IMG/VR virus record: IMGVR_UViG_3300020451_002055
From: a virus
Taxonomy: Duplodnaviria > Heunggongvirae > Uroviricota > Caudoviricetes
DNA length: 64,000 nucleotides
Reading direction: 5' to 3' (one strand)
The notes beneath the pieces are model-generated. The model did no database searches and was not told the DNA's origin. It was given only the letters and a program-made list of their open reading frames with translations. Positions 8,806 to 17,690 of this stretch are shown piece by piece. The position numbers and the translations under genes are program-made. Position 1 is the stretch's first letter, and every line of letters begins with the position of its first letter.

Positions 8806-9006
8806 ATGGAGACGATTGTATCTGCTCTCATTATGGGATTGGTAGTCGTTCTCTGGGACGTTGCCCGCATGTTCTTCCAGAGTTGGTGGATAACCCGAGA
8901 AATGCGCAAAGAGCAAACCCGACAACAAGGCAATCAGCCCGGTAAGGGTTGCTGCCCGAAGTGCTGCCCTTCATGTAAGCCTGAGAGTGAAGAAAAGGCA
9001 GAGTAA
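8806..9006 (+). CDS. Small membrane protein with Cys-rich tail
   Basis: METIVSALIMGLVVVLW hydrophobic helix; CCPKCCPSC; purine-rich RBS. Confidence 0.55.
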   Translation: METIVSALIMGLVVVLWDVARMFFQSWWITREMRKEQTRQQGNQPGKGCCPKCCPSCKPESEEKAE

Positions 9007-9016
9007 AATCCCCCTC

Positions 9017-9481
9017 ATGGGGTATACTCTCCTACTTATCGATTTTCAGTCAGGCTTCGAAGACGCTGATCCAGATTTTGAGTCTCGAATCCTTCGTCTA
9101 CTCGATCAGGCCATGCTTGATGGAGCGGATATCGTTCTATGCGAGTTCTTTCGGTTTGGAGCAACCTGGAAGTTCATCAGAGACAAGCTCAAAACCTATA
9201 ATCGCAAGCATGTTGTCCGAAAGAAAAACCAGAATGGCGGCTTTCATGTTCAAAGGAAGCTCCGGAGGCTAAAGCTTAAGCAGTTACATGAAGTAAAAGT
9301 AGCTGGTTTGTATGCTGAATGGTGCGTAAAGGATACTGTCATAACGCTAGCCCAGCTAATGCCTGATAGTCAATTCAGGATATTGAAGCCTTGCTGCATA
9401 CAGTTTGCAGCAACCAAAAAGCACGCATGGGAAAAGTACGATTGTTACCTGACGGACATAAAGAATCTGAGACTCGTCTGA
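9017..9481 (+). CDS. Isochorismatase/cysteine hydrolase family protein
   Basis: LLLIDFQ (Asp), RKK (Lys), VAGLYAEWCVKDT (Cys) triad pattern. Confidence 0.75.
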   Translation: MGYTLLLIDFQSGFEDADPDFESRILRLLDQAMLDGADIVLCEFFRFGATWKFIRDKLKTYNRKHVVRKKNQNGGFHVQRKLRRLKLKQLHEVKVAGLYAEWCVKDTVITLAQLMPDSQFRILKPCCIQFAATKKHAWEKYDCYLTDIKNLRLV

Positions 9482-9807
9482 CGAAAGTTGTTCATTGCAA
9501 AATCGATCCCTATGACGTTTACATAGGGAGAGGATCGCAATGGGGCAACCCGTTCAGTCATAGAGAAGGCACAAAAGCTGAGTTTGTTGTTTCCTCCCGC
9601 GACGAAGCCATCTCGAAGTATAGAGACTGGCTGATGGAACAGCCGCATTTACTGTCCCAACTTTCAACTCTCAAAGGTAAAACGCTTGGATGTTGGTGCA
9701 AGATACCGCAAGACCCGGATAGGCCTTGTCATGGCGATGTTCTCGCAGAACTAGCCGATAACCCTCCTGAAGGCATCAAAACGATTTACGATGACCTGGA
9801 TATATGA
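9391..9807 (+). CDS. DUF4326 family protein (true start probably downstream of 9391)
   Basis: VVHCK..YDVYIGRGSQWGNPF...LKGKTLGCWC...CHGDVL. Confidence 0.8.
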   Translation: MLHTVCSNQKARMGKVRLLPDGHKESETRLTKVVHCKIDPYDVYIGRGSQWGNPFSHREGTKAEFVVSSRDEAISKYRDWLMEQPHLLSQLSTLKGKTLGCWCKIPQDPDRPCHGDVLAELADNPPEGIKTIYDDLDI

Positions 9808-9815
9808 GGAATGAA

Positions 9816-10163
9816 ATGAGCGACCAAGAACCACAGATCATTGTGACCGAACGCGCTGTTCAGGAAATCCGCAGCATCATGGAAGAGCAAGAGCTTGATC
9901 CAAATACCGCATTCTTGCGCGTCGGTGTCAAGGGCGGCGGATGCTCAGGATTCAGCTACGTTCTCGATCTGACTGAAAAGACGAAAGATTCGGATGAGAA
10001 GTTCGAGCAGCATGGCCTCAATATCGTATGCGACCCCAAGAGCCTTTTGTACTTGGACGGCACGACAGTTGACTTCAAGGACGAGATTATGATGAGAGGC
10101 TTCGTATTTACGAATCCGAATGCAACTAGTTCCTGCGGCTGCGGAAGTTCCTTTAGCGCATGA
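9816..10163 (+). CDS. iscA: A-type Fe-S cluster carrier (IscA/HesB)
   Basis: LRVGVKGGGCSGFSY, NPNATSSCGCGSSF; GAGGA SD before ATG 9816. Confidence 0.95.
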   Translation: MSDQEPQIIVTERAVQEIRSIMEEQELDPNTAFLRVGVKGGGCSGFSYVLDLTEKTKDSDEKFEQHGLNIVCDPKSLLYLDGTTVDFKDEIMMRGFVFTNPNATSSCGCGSSFSA

Positions 10164-10181
10164 GCATGCGATCTGCTCTTA

Positions 10182-10577
10182 TCAAGGAATAGCTCTCGAT
10201 GCTCCGGGCGGCGTATCTGACGGAGGTTGATCGTAACCAGGATCGTCAAACTCTCCAACGCCTCCGCCGCCGATAGGCCCAGGAACAGCAGGGCCGCCAG
10301 GAGTAAATGGAGGCGGCGGAGCAGGCGGAGGGGGTGGAGCCGCTGCTGCTACAAGACTGGTTTGAAAGTTGACGGCTGCCGTAGCAATGTCTGCGGGATA
10401 CCGACGCTCAAACTCTCTGATATTCGAAATGGCTGCCGCCCGAAACTCTCGCGTCTCTTGACTCGTTGGAGTTCCTAGAGCGTCATAGGTTTGCTGATCG
10501 TCATAGATCAGGTCAGCAACCTCAGTGTCCGTCAATCCGGACATAGCGGCTCTGGTATATGGGGTAAATGTTGCCAT
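10182..10577 (-). CDS. Lys-free, Pro/Gly-rich hypothetical protein
   Basis: Abuts epimerase stop; poly-Pro tract; no lysine in 131 aa. Confidence 0.6.
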   Translation of the reverse strand: MATFTPYTRAAMSGLTDTEVADLIYDDQQTYDALGTPTSQETREFRAAAISNIREFERRYPADIATAAVNFQTSLVAAAAPPPPPAPPPPFTPGGPAVPGPIGGGGVGEFDDPGYDQPPSDTPPGASRAIP

Positions 10578-11498
10578 TTAGAGACCCCACCACTCAAGCG
10601 TTCTCTCGAAGCCCTCTTGGAACCCAACTTTGCCGGTATATCCAAGAACTTCTTTGGCTCGCGAAATATCTGCCTGCGAATGATCAACATCTCCTGCTCT
10701 TGGCGGAGCGTAGTTGACTTCAACATCTCTTAGCCCCTTGACTGTCTCAAGGATGTCATTCAACGAAATGCGATTGTTGCAACCAATATTGAACGCCTCC
10801 CCGCTAAAAGTCTTGTCGCTTGTTGCTGCGAGGATGTTGGCTTCAACAACGTTGTCTACAAAGCAAAAGTCCCTCGACTGTTCTCCGGTGCCATCAAGTC
10901 GTAACGGCGTGCCATCTCTAACGGCTTGCAACCATGCCGAAATAACGGTTGCATAGGCGTTATCGCCATACTGTCTCGGCCCGAAGACATTGAAGTATCT
11001 AAGGGATACGCAATCGAGGTCGTAAAGCTTGTTGAACATTCGCAAGTATTGCTCGCCTACAAGCTTCTGCAATGCGTAGGGAGATTGCGGGTTTGTTGGA
11101 GCAGTCTCCGGAGTAGGAAGCTGCTCTGCTCCGCCGTACACAGACGACGAAGATGAGAAAACGAAACGGCGACAGTTTCCTGACGCCGCTTCTAGAAGAC
11201 GTACCATCTTTCCTACATTCTCATCTGTTGTCAACGAAGGATGTTCTACTGAGTAGGAAACCCTCGGGACAGCAGCGAGATGCAAGATTACATCATATGC
11301 TCCATCTCGTACTCTGTCGAGTATTGCTTCATCTGAATAGTCTGAGATTATGAAATGCGCATGCGTTGCTTCTTCTACCCACTCAGTGAGTCTTGCGTCG
11401 TCCCAATCGGCAACATCTATTTTCCATCCAAGCTTAGAGCAAGCAATGGTCAAGTTGCTACCGATAAATCCGCATCCGCCTGTAATCAATGCTCTCAT
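10578..11498 (-). CDS. NAD-dependent nucleotide-sugar epimerase/dehydratase (GalE/WbpP-like)
   Basis: TGGCGFIG, SSSSVYG, YALQK, LRYFNVFGPRQ, QSRDF. Confidence 0.93.
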   Translation of the reverse strand: MRALITGGCGFIGSNLTIACSKLGWKIDVADWDDARLTEWVEEATHAHFIISDYSDEAILDRVRDGAYDVILHLAAVPRVSYSVEHPSLTTDENVGKMVRLLEAASGNCRRFVFSSSSSVYGGAEQLPTPETAPTNPQSPYALQKLVGEQYLRMFNKLYDLDCVSLRYFNVFGPRQYGDNAYATVISAWLQAVRDGTPLRLDGTGEQSRDFCFVDNVVEANILAATSDKTFSGEAFNIGCNNRISLNDILETVKGLRDVEVNYAPPRAGDVDHSQADISRAKEVLGYTGKVGFQEGFERTLEWWGL

Positions 11499-11510
11499 TC
11501 CGACTATCCT

Positions 11511-12311
11511 TTACTGCGAAAAGAACTTGGCTAGTGCCTCGTCTAGTCTATCTTCTGATGGCAGACTTCCATCTTCTGATGGTTGTTCATCAACAAGGTC
11601 CAATAGACCTTGTAGTCTTTCTCTGATCTTTTCCCTCCAATCAAGCTCAGCAGCAGTCTCATTCATCTCGATCTGCTTGTGATCATGCTTTTGCTTTTCA
11701 AGCTCAGCCATTCTGCGCTGCAAAGCATTGAAAAGACTAAGACTGCTCTCAAGCTCTCTGAACCAAGATTGTTGCTTATATTCTTCAGGATCGCAAACTC
11801 TCTTGATCTTGCAAGACTCATCGGACTGCGGCATATTGAGATTCGGTCGAGGGCGCTCTTTCATCTGCTCAAAAGCTTCCATGATCTGGCTCTCAGTAAA
11901 GTCCTTGACATGAAGCTTCTTGTCTTCGGGCACGTTGGACCTGTATACAGGAACATCCTTCGTCGCTTCCTCAAGATCGAAGCGACCGTATCGGTCCTTG
12001 AAATCTTGGGCTATGCGTCTGAAGGATGTCAGATCATCATGGACAAACATATCATCGTCGATGGTAACAAACTCGGCTACCTGTCGAGCAAAATGACCAG
12101 ATGAATATGCTGCTTCGTAGTTGAGCAAACCAACTAGATTCCGCAACGGATACTCATGACAGGATATGTCAGGACCATCCTCATCTTTGACTATCTTGTA
12201 GTTTTTGGGAAGTAACGAGTTGATAATACCTTCAACGCGCACTTTTGATTGGTTCCTGTCGTATAGGTGAACAGGAAACACCACAGCAGGACCGGCTGTT
12301 TCTTTCTTCAT
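11511..12311 (-). CDS. Hypothetical protein
   Basis: Start moved to ATG 12311 after GAGGAG SD. Confidence 0.7.
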   Translation of the reverse strand: MKKETAGPAVVFPVHLYDRNQSKVRVEGIINSLLPKNYKIVKDEDGPDISCHEYPLRNLVGLLNYEAAYSSGHFARQVAEFVTIDDDMFVHDDLTSFRRIAQDFKDRYGRFDLEEATKDVPVYRSNVPEDKKLHVKDFTESQIMEAFEQMKERPRPNLNMPQSDESCKIKRVCDPEEYKQQSWFRELESSLSLFNALQRRMAELEKQKHDHKQIEMNETAAELDWREKIRERLQGLLDLVDEQPSEDGSLPSEDRLDEALAKFFSQ

Positions 12312-12362
12312 GATTTCTCCTCTCTTGACTCGTCCAACCAAGTAGACGACCAAAGCTATAAC

Positions 12363-12386
12363 GTCGAATCAACTATCGACATTACC
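12363..12386 (-). promoter_or_regulatory. Candidate phage-sigma promoter (GGTA-N16-CGAC)
   Basis: CAGGTA ATGTCGATAGTTGATT CGACGT; contains GTCGA..TCGAC inverted repeat. Confidence 0.4.
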
Positions 12387-12398
12387 TGTTTATAGACT

Positions 12399-12725
12399 TT
12401 AGTCTTCGTCCTTCTTTTCTTTCTTAGCAGCCTTAGCTTCCTCGGCAGCCTTCTCTAAGTGAGGGACTCGTATTTTGCCAAGAGTATACTGTCTGCGAAG
12501 ATATGCCAAGTCAAATATAGCATCGCCTCCTGCAGAAGCTCCGGTTGCTCTCACGAAAGTTGAACCTGAATCTTTCTCGACTGCCTGTACGAGAAAATCT
12601 CCCAAGTAAGACTCGTTCTCAATGAAAAACTTGTCTCCTGCCTTGAAGGTTAGCTGATGGTTCGCATGCCTGTTGATCAAGTTTCCGTTCGTTAGAAAGT
12701 TCTCTGATTTGCCTTCCGTACTCAT
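12399..12725 (-). CDS. Hypothetical protein
   Basis: ATGA overlap with dnaJ, AGGAG SD. Confidence 0.7.
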   Translation of the reverse strand: MSTEGKSENFLTNGNLINRHANHQLTFKAGDKFFIENESYLGDFLVQAVEKDSGSTFVRATGASAGGDAIFDLAYLRRQYTLGKIRVPHLEKAAEEAKAAKKEKKDED

Positions 12726-13813
12726 TTCTTTCTCCTTTCGATGTAAGACTTGCTCTCTTCCTCAAACTTGAAGGCTTTGGGCATTGTCTTTTTGGTTTCT
12801 TCTTGCTCTAACATTCCAACAAGAACTTTTCGGGTCTCCTCATTGAACTTAGGATTTTCGGTGATTACATGAACATACAAATCTCCATGCGATCCTGAAT
12901 CAGTTTGGAGTCCTTGGGCCGGAAGCCGTATCGGAGGCATTTGGGACGCAAACGGCTTGATTTCTATGCTTTTTGGACCTCTTGGAGTTGGAACCTCAAT
13001 AGTTCCGCCGCTAATCATGGTTGAAAGCTTCACGGGCACTTCGAGATGAAGGTCATAGTTGTTGACTTTGAACAGCTTGTGTTTCTTGATATGGAAACGA
13101 ACATTCAAATCGCCTCTCATACCATTTTTGCCAATAGACCCTTGCCCTATGACCCGAAGCATTATGCCATGAGTAACACCTGGTCGTATCTCAAGGTTTG
13201 CATCGCGCATCGCCTCAACGTGCCTGTTTCCTTTGCATTCCGGGCACTCTTCGCCAGCCTTGGCAACGCTACCGGTTCCGTGGCAATCAGGACACAGGCT
13301 TCTCATGGTGAAGCCTTGGAAAGATTGATTTATCGTACCTTGGCCGTCGCACGACTTGCAGTCCTGCGTCTTAGCCCCCTCTTTAGCTCCAGAGCCCTGG
13401 CACTTTTGACAGACATCAATACAGCTATACCTGATCCGAATGGGACGGCGGTCAATGACATCCTCTAGCTCAACGGTAGCGTTGACCGTTACGGCTTCGG
13501 GTCTTTGTTGTCGTTGCCTGTTGTGGGGTCTTCTTGCCTGATGACGGAAGAAATCGTAGAAGTCTTGCGCTGCAGAATGGCGGGCATGCGATCCGGAGGG
13601 AGCGGTCCCATAGGCATCATAATGCTTACGCTTAGACTTGTCAGAAAGCGTTTCATAGGCTTCCGCCGCTTCTTTGAACTTGGCTTCTGCATCAGAGTCA
13701 TCAGGATTCTTGTCCGGATGATATTTCATCGCAAGGCGACGATATGCCTTCTTGATTGTTTCCTCGTCTGCAGTCTTCTCTACGCCGAGAATTTTGTAAT
13801 AGTCTTTCATCAA
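12722..13813 (-). CDS. dnaJ: DnaJ chaperone (J domain + 4 CxxCxG Zn repeats + C-domain)
   Basis: [50 protein letters not shown]. Confidence 0.95.
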   Translation of the reverse strand: MMKDYYKILGVEKTADEETIKKAYRRLAMKYHPDKNPDDSDAEAKFKEAAEAYETLSDKSKRKHYDAYGTAPSGSHARHSAAQDFYDFFRHQARRPHNRQRQQRPEAVTVNATVELEDVIDRRPIRIRYSCIDVCQKCQGSGAKEGAKTQDCKSCDGQGTINQSFQGFTMRSLCPDCHGTGSVAKAGEECPECKGNRHVEAMRDANLEIRPGVTHGIMLRVIGQGSIGKNGMRGDLNVRFHIKKHKLFKVNNYDLHLEVPVKLSTMISGGTIEVPTPRGPKSIEIKPFASQMPPIRLPAQGLQTDSGSHGDLYVHVITENPKFNEETRKVLVGMLEQEETKKTMPKAFKFEEESKSYIERRKK

Positions 13814-14121
13814 TCTGGCTCATCTGGCGGCAAATCATCTTCGTCGAAATCTTCATTCTGCTCGAAGTAGTCGCTAAGCATTCTGAGCCGATCATCGATA
13901 TCCATGATGTCTCTTGCAAGATCCCAAACGATCTGAAGCGTCATGGCTACCTCTTTGCGCTCCTCAATGGTTAGCTTCTTCTTGTTATGGCATATGTCGT
14001 TCCAGGTATCTTTGATGAGAGTATCAAGTACCTCAATAATCTCATCGTTACGAATACCTTGGTCATCTAGAGGAATACCATCTTCTTCTGGCATTTCTGG
14101 TCTCTCTGGCCTTTCGCTCAT
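13810..14121 (-). CDS. Acidic hypothetical protein
   Basis: Coupled to both neighbours. Confidence 0.65.
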   Translation of the reverse strand: MSERPERPEMPEEDGIPLDDQGIRNDEIIEVLDTLIKDTWNDICHNKKKLTIEERKEVAMTLQIVWDLARDIMDIDDRLRMLSDYFEQNEDFDEDDLPPDEPD

Positions 14122-14384
14122 AGACGGACCCCTTTTTCGTCGCTGATTCCTTCAATAACATCCGACCCTTGGTCTGTCAGTTCTTGAAGAGCATTCAACA
14201 AGCTTGCCTTGTATGCTTCGGAAAGAGTTTCAAACTCAGAAGCAAGAGCAGCTATCTTGTCAACATTATCCTGAGAAGCTTCTTTAGCTAGTTCTTGGAT
14301 TTGACGATGCAAACTGCTCAGGCACGAAACGAGTTCCATGGAGCGATTAGAGAATCTGTTGTAGGATGCGAACTTATCAAGCAT
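14118..14384 (-). CDS. Coiled-coil hypothetical protein
   Basis: Coupled to both neighbours. Confidence 0.6.
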   Translation of the reverse strand: MLDKFASYNRFSNRSMELVSCLSSLHRQIQELAKEASQDNVDKIAALASEFETLSEAYKASLLNALQELTDQGSDVIEGISDEKGVRL

Positions 14385-15564
14385 AGTCTTCTCTCATTCG
14401 AGACATTCCTTTTAGTACCGACTGAGCCTGTTTTCGAGTAACAAGCTTACAGCCAAGCATAAGAACTGTATCGGCTATTATCAGCGATTCGTTCTCGGAT
14501 GCACCTCGAAGGAGAGACAGCCCCATGGTCAGGGCTTCTATGAACGAGTAGATTTCCCGTCTGGACCAGTTATCTACAGCAGGAGTCGATCCATAGAGAC
14601 CATCCATAGCGATAGAAGCAACCTGATGCGACCAGACAGACGATGGCTGTCCTGCATTCGGACCGGTCTTGACTAGCGTCGGCTCGTATGAGGCTGATAG
14701 CCCGATTCCATCGCCCGTTCTGGTCATCTTGCGGATAGACAGGGCGTCTTGGAGTATCTGCTCTCTTGGCTTCTTCGTGCTATAGCCCTCTCGTATGAGC
14801 ATAATGAGACGGTATCGCCAGAGAAGCGTCTGTATCATTTCCGTAGCAGACTGGTTGAGCCCTTTGTCAGTTACTTGCAGCTTAGACAGCAGCGACGTAA
14901 CCCTCTCACAATCCTTAGCGTCAAGAGCGTTCATCATGTCCCAAATGATGAAATCATCATGCTGGAACGTGATAGACTCGATGTTTTCTCTGGTTACTTC
15001 GGCTCCCTCTCCTAGGGCAAGCGACAGAGAAAACAGAGCCATCTCTATCTTGTCCGCGGAATAACCTTTAGCATTGGGTATCTTGCCGCAATATTCTGCA
15101 AGCGTATTGCATACTTCCTCATTGCCTCGGAGCTTGAGGGCTCTCATGCGCTTTGATATGTAGTAAGAAGCGTCTTTCTGAGGAACAACATCTTCGTACT
15201 CATATATCTTGGCATAGTCCTTGACTGCGTTGAAGATCGCCTTCTCTTTGGTTGACTCAACGCCATTGAAGACCAAGAAGCAATCGGTCATAGGACCATC
15301 GAGTATCTTCTTCAGACGCTCTATGTACTTCTTCTTCGCGTTGGCGTTCTTGGTCTTCGGTATCGAAGTAACAGATATCAGCCTGCCGCTATTGAAGCAG
15401 CCTCCGCTTCTGAGCTTCGACATCAAATACTCGAACTCATGCTCAGAGTTGATAACGATGTATTCGAATTCCGGAAATCGCTCGCGGATACGAGACATCA
15501 TGGCATTCCGACGATGGTATCCGCCAGAAAGCCAGGCTACATGGACCTTGCTCTCATCAGACAT
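14377..15564 (-). CDS. holA: DNA polymerase III delta-like clamp-loader subunit
   Basis: Size and domain pattern (VTRENIESI...IWDMMNAL...LL) plus adjacency to dnaN/dnaX; divergent. Confidence 0.65.
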   Translation of the reverse strand: MSDESKVHVAWLSGGYHRRNAMMSRIRERFPEFEYIVINSEHEFEYLMSKLRSGGCFNSGRLISVTSIPKTKNANAKKKYIERLKKILDGPMTDCFLVFNGVESTKEKAIFNAVKDYAKIYEYEDVVPQKDASYYISKRMRALKLRGNEEVCNTLAEYCGKIPNAKGYSADKIEMALFSLSLALGEGAEVTRENIESITFQHDDFIIWDMMNALDAKDCERVTSLLSKLQVTDKGLNQSATEMIQTLLWRYRLIMLIREGYSTKKPREQILQDALSIRKMTRTGDGIGLSASYEPTLVKTGPNAGQPSSVWSHQVASIAMDGLYGSTPAVDNWSRREIYSFIEALTMGLSLLRGASENESLIIADTVLMLGCKLVTRKQAQSVLKGMSRMREDYA

Positions 15565-15599
15565 AAAAATACCGCCCGCCTTTCAGCGAGCGGATATTT
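15565..15599 (-). terminator. Intrinsic terminator between dnaN and holA
   Basis: CCGCUCGCU-GAAA-GGCGGGCGG followed by UAUUUUU. Confidence 0.8.
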
Positions 15600-15602
15600 G
15601 GT

Positions 15603-16880
15603 TTAGACATCTTCGCCGAGGGTAGCAACGAGCATGGAGAAACGCTCTTTGAGACCTGTTGCCTCGTTTACTCGGACGAACTCGCTAGGATCGCTAACAT
15701 CAGGAGATGCATAGAAGCGGATGACAAGGACGCCCTCATCATTGAACTCCCATTGAGCGTAGTCATCCTCTGAAGCAGACTTGAAGGCCTCCTGGACATA
15801 CATGGACTCTATGCGAAGCTTATGACCGTCTTCCATCTCGCCTTCGAGATCAGAGATTCGGGCCTTCCGTCGTGCCCGCATAGTATTGCCGTGAGCCTCG
15901 ACAATGATTTCGTTCGAAGATGGACTGATAGTGAACTGAGCGATGTGATACTGATTCGTCTGCTTGAACTCGTCATTGTTGGTCGCCATGATTCCTCGAA
16001 CGATGGAGGGCCAATCGCCGAGACGAGTAACCATGCGATACTGGTTCTTGCGATCGAGAACCTTGTTCTCATCAGGCCACTTGATTGTAGGGTCATAGTT
16101 CGGCATCGAGAGCAAAAAGTTTCGAGTTCGAATAGCAAGGTGAGCGTCAAGAGTCACCATATCGATAGTCTCATCTGCAACCTTAGTTGTCAGCTTCGTA
16201 ATAATACCCGACTGATCGCCAGGTACAAATACGTTGACATCCTCAGTCGCATTCGAAATATTGCTACCTTCGTAATCGATAATAGCGAATCGAGCCCCGG
16301 AGCCGCAAGCAAAACGCAAACGATCCTGCGATGCTCGAATGACCCAATACTTGTATTCAGGTCGGAACTCTTCAAAGCCGCGGGCGAATGCAAGACGGTT
16401 TGTTGCAATGCTAAAAATGTCCCGACGAACCTTGAAGATATTGGTTGCCGCTTCAAGCTGATCGACAACAATCTTTGGGAAACCAATGTTTTCAGAGAAC
16501 ACCGATAGCGATTGAAAAACATCCTTATCAGCCGCGTTGGAGAAACGGAGTTCCCCGCCGCTATCGCCGTCAGAAGTAAGCTCTACCTCGATGGTATCGT
16601 TGTCCGCAAAGGATGCAAGAACTTCTTTTAGCTCCTTGACTCGAACAGTGGCGACTCCGCCGTCATCCCCCTCGTAATCGAGGTTAGCATAGTCGTTATT
16701 CGAGACTTCTCCCTTTAGCTGGGCAAAGCCGTTGTCCGCAAGACAGACGATACCATCGTCTTCGGCAATTAGCGTGATACGATTGCCGCTTTCATAATCC
16801 TTGATTCCCGCCGCGGCTGCGACATTCAAGGCCGGGTCCAGAGCATCGCTCAGTCCCTTCGTCCTTACTCTGAACTTCAT
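15603..16880 (-). CDS. dnaN: DNA polymerase III beta sliding clamp
   Basis: MKFRV start, three-domain periodicity, LRFACGSGARFA (cf. ATDGHRL), KWPDENKVL (cf. xFPDYxRVI); AAGGAG SD. Confidence 0.8.
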   Translation of the reverse strand: MKFRVRTKGLSDALDPALNVAAAAGIKDYESGNRITLIAEDDGIVCLADNGFAQLKGEVSNNDYANLDYEGDDGGVATVRVKELKEVLASFADNDTIEVELTSDGDSGGELRFSNAADKDVFQSLSVFSENIGFPKIVVDQLEAATNIFKVRRDIFSIATNRLAFARGFEEFRPEYKYWVIRASQDRLRFACGSGARFAIIDYEGSNISNATEDVNVFVPGDQSGIITKLTTKVADETIDMVTLDAHLAIRTRNFLLSMPNYDPTIKWPDENKVLDRKNQYRMVTRLGDWPSIVRGIMATNNDEFKQTNQYHIAQFTISPSSNEIIVEAHGNTMRARRKARISDLEGEMEDGHKLRIESMYVQEAFKSASEDDYAQWEFNDEGVLVIRFYASPDVSDPSEFVRVNEATGLKERFSMLVATLGEDV

Positions 16881-16895
16881 CGGTTACTCCTTCTG

Positions 16896-17678
16896 CTATA
16901 CTTCTTCGTCAGCGTTCGTGCTTTCATACTGAACCAAGATAATCTTCGCTTTATGCTTGATTCTGCTCAAAGCATTATCGACGCCCTTGATGTTGATTTT
17001 GACTTTGACACGCTTCTCATTGATAAGGTCGGCGATTTCTTCGTATGAATAACGCTGGGCGTAGAGAAGAAACACTTCCTTCTCAAATGGAGACAAGCTC
17101 TTTAGAAGCTTTGTCATCAGGTCCATGTAGTATTCGCGGTCCTCAATCTGATCAATAATTGGCGCATCGCCTGAATCAATAATGTTGATAAGCGATAATT
17201 CTTCATCTCCTGATGACCTAGATGACTCTTGGTTTAGAGACATACTAGAGTTTAGAACTCGCTTCTTGTTCTGATAAGAAGCTTTGTATTCAGTAGAGAG
17301 ATGACGCCTAATGCATAGAATGGCAAATCTATCGAATGGAGCCCATCCTATGCCATTGCCTCGTTCGGCGTTATAGTCTTTTATTGCCTTGAATCTCAAT
17401 GCGAATAATGCTTCTTGCATAATATCATGAGAATCAAGACCTGATATATTGAATCTGTTTACTAGTTTCTGTATACGGGGCTTTAGTCTGTTTGCGATCT
17501 CTTCAAATGCCGCATCAGTCTCGTTCTTCTTCTTGGAGTTCCTGATAATCGTGATCAGTTCCTCGCATCGCTGAGCCTCAAGCTCCTCTTCAGAGAGGAC
17601 AGGCTCTTGCTTCTTCTTAGTGGTAGTCTTCTTAGATGCTTTAGACTTTGAGCCCCCAACCTTTTTGGGTTGGGGCAT
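16896..17678 (-). CDS. Sigma-70 family sigma factor, SigH-like
   Basis: DIMQEALFAL, FAILCIRR, LSPFEKEV..YSYEEIA..KGVDNALSRIKHK (SigH: SIDNALQRVKRK). Confidence 0.88.
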   Translation of the reverse strand: MPQPKKVGGSKSKASKKTTTKKKQEPVLSEEELEAQRCEELITIIRNSKKKNETDAAFEEIANRLKPRIQKLVNRFNISGLDSHDIMQEALFALRFKAIKDYNAERGNGIGWAPFDRFAILCIRRHLSTEYKASYQNKKRVLNSSMSLNQESSRSSGDEELSLINIIDSGDAPIIDQIEDREYYMDLMTKLLKSLSPFEKEVFLLYAQRYSYEEIADLINEKRVKVKINIKGVDNALSRIKHKAKIILVQYESTNADEEV

Positions 17679-17690
17679 AAGCTATAGTCC

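Noticed and set aside
8566-8945. ORFs 8566-8928(-) and 8703-8945(+)
   Set aside because: No recognisable features; they overlap a promoter region, hairpins and the better-supported ORF 8806-9006. 8703-8945 is not fully excluded.
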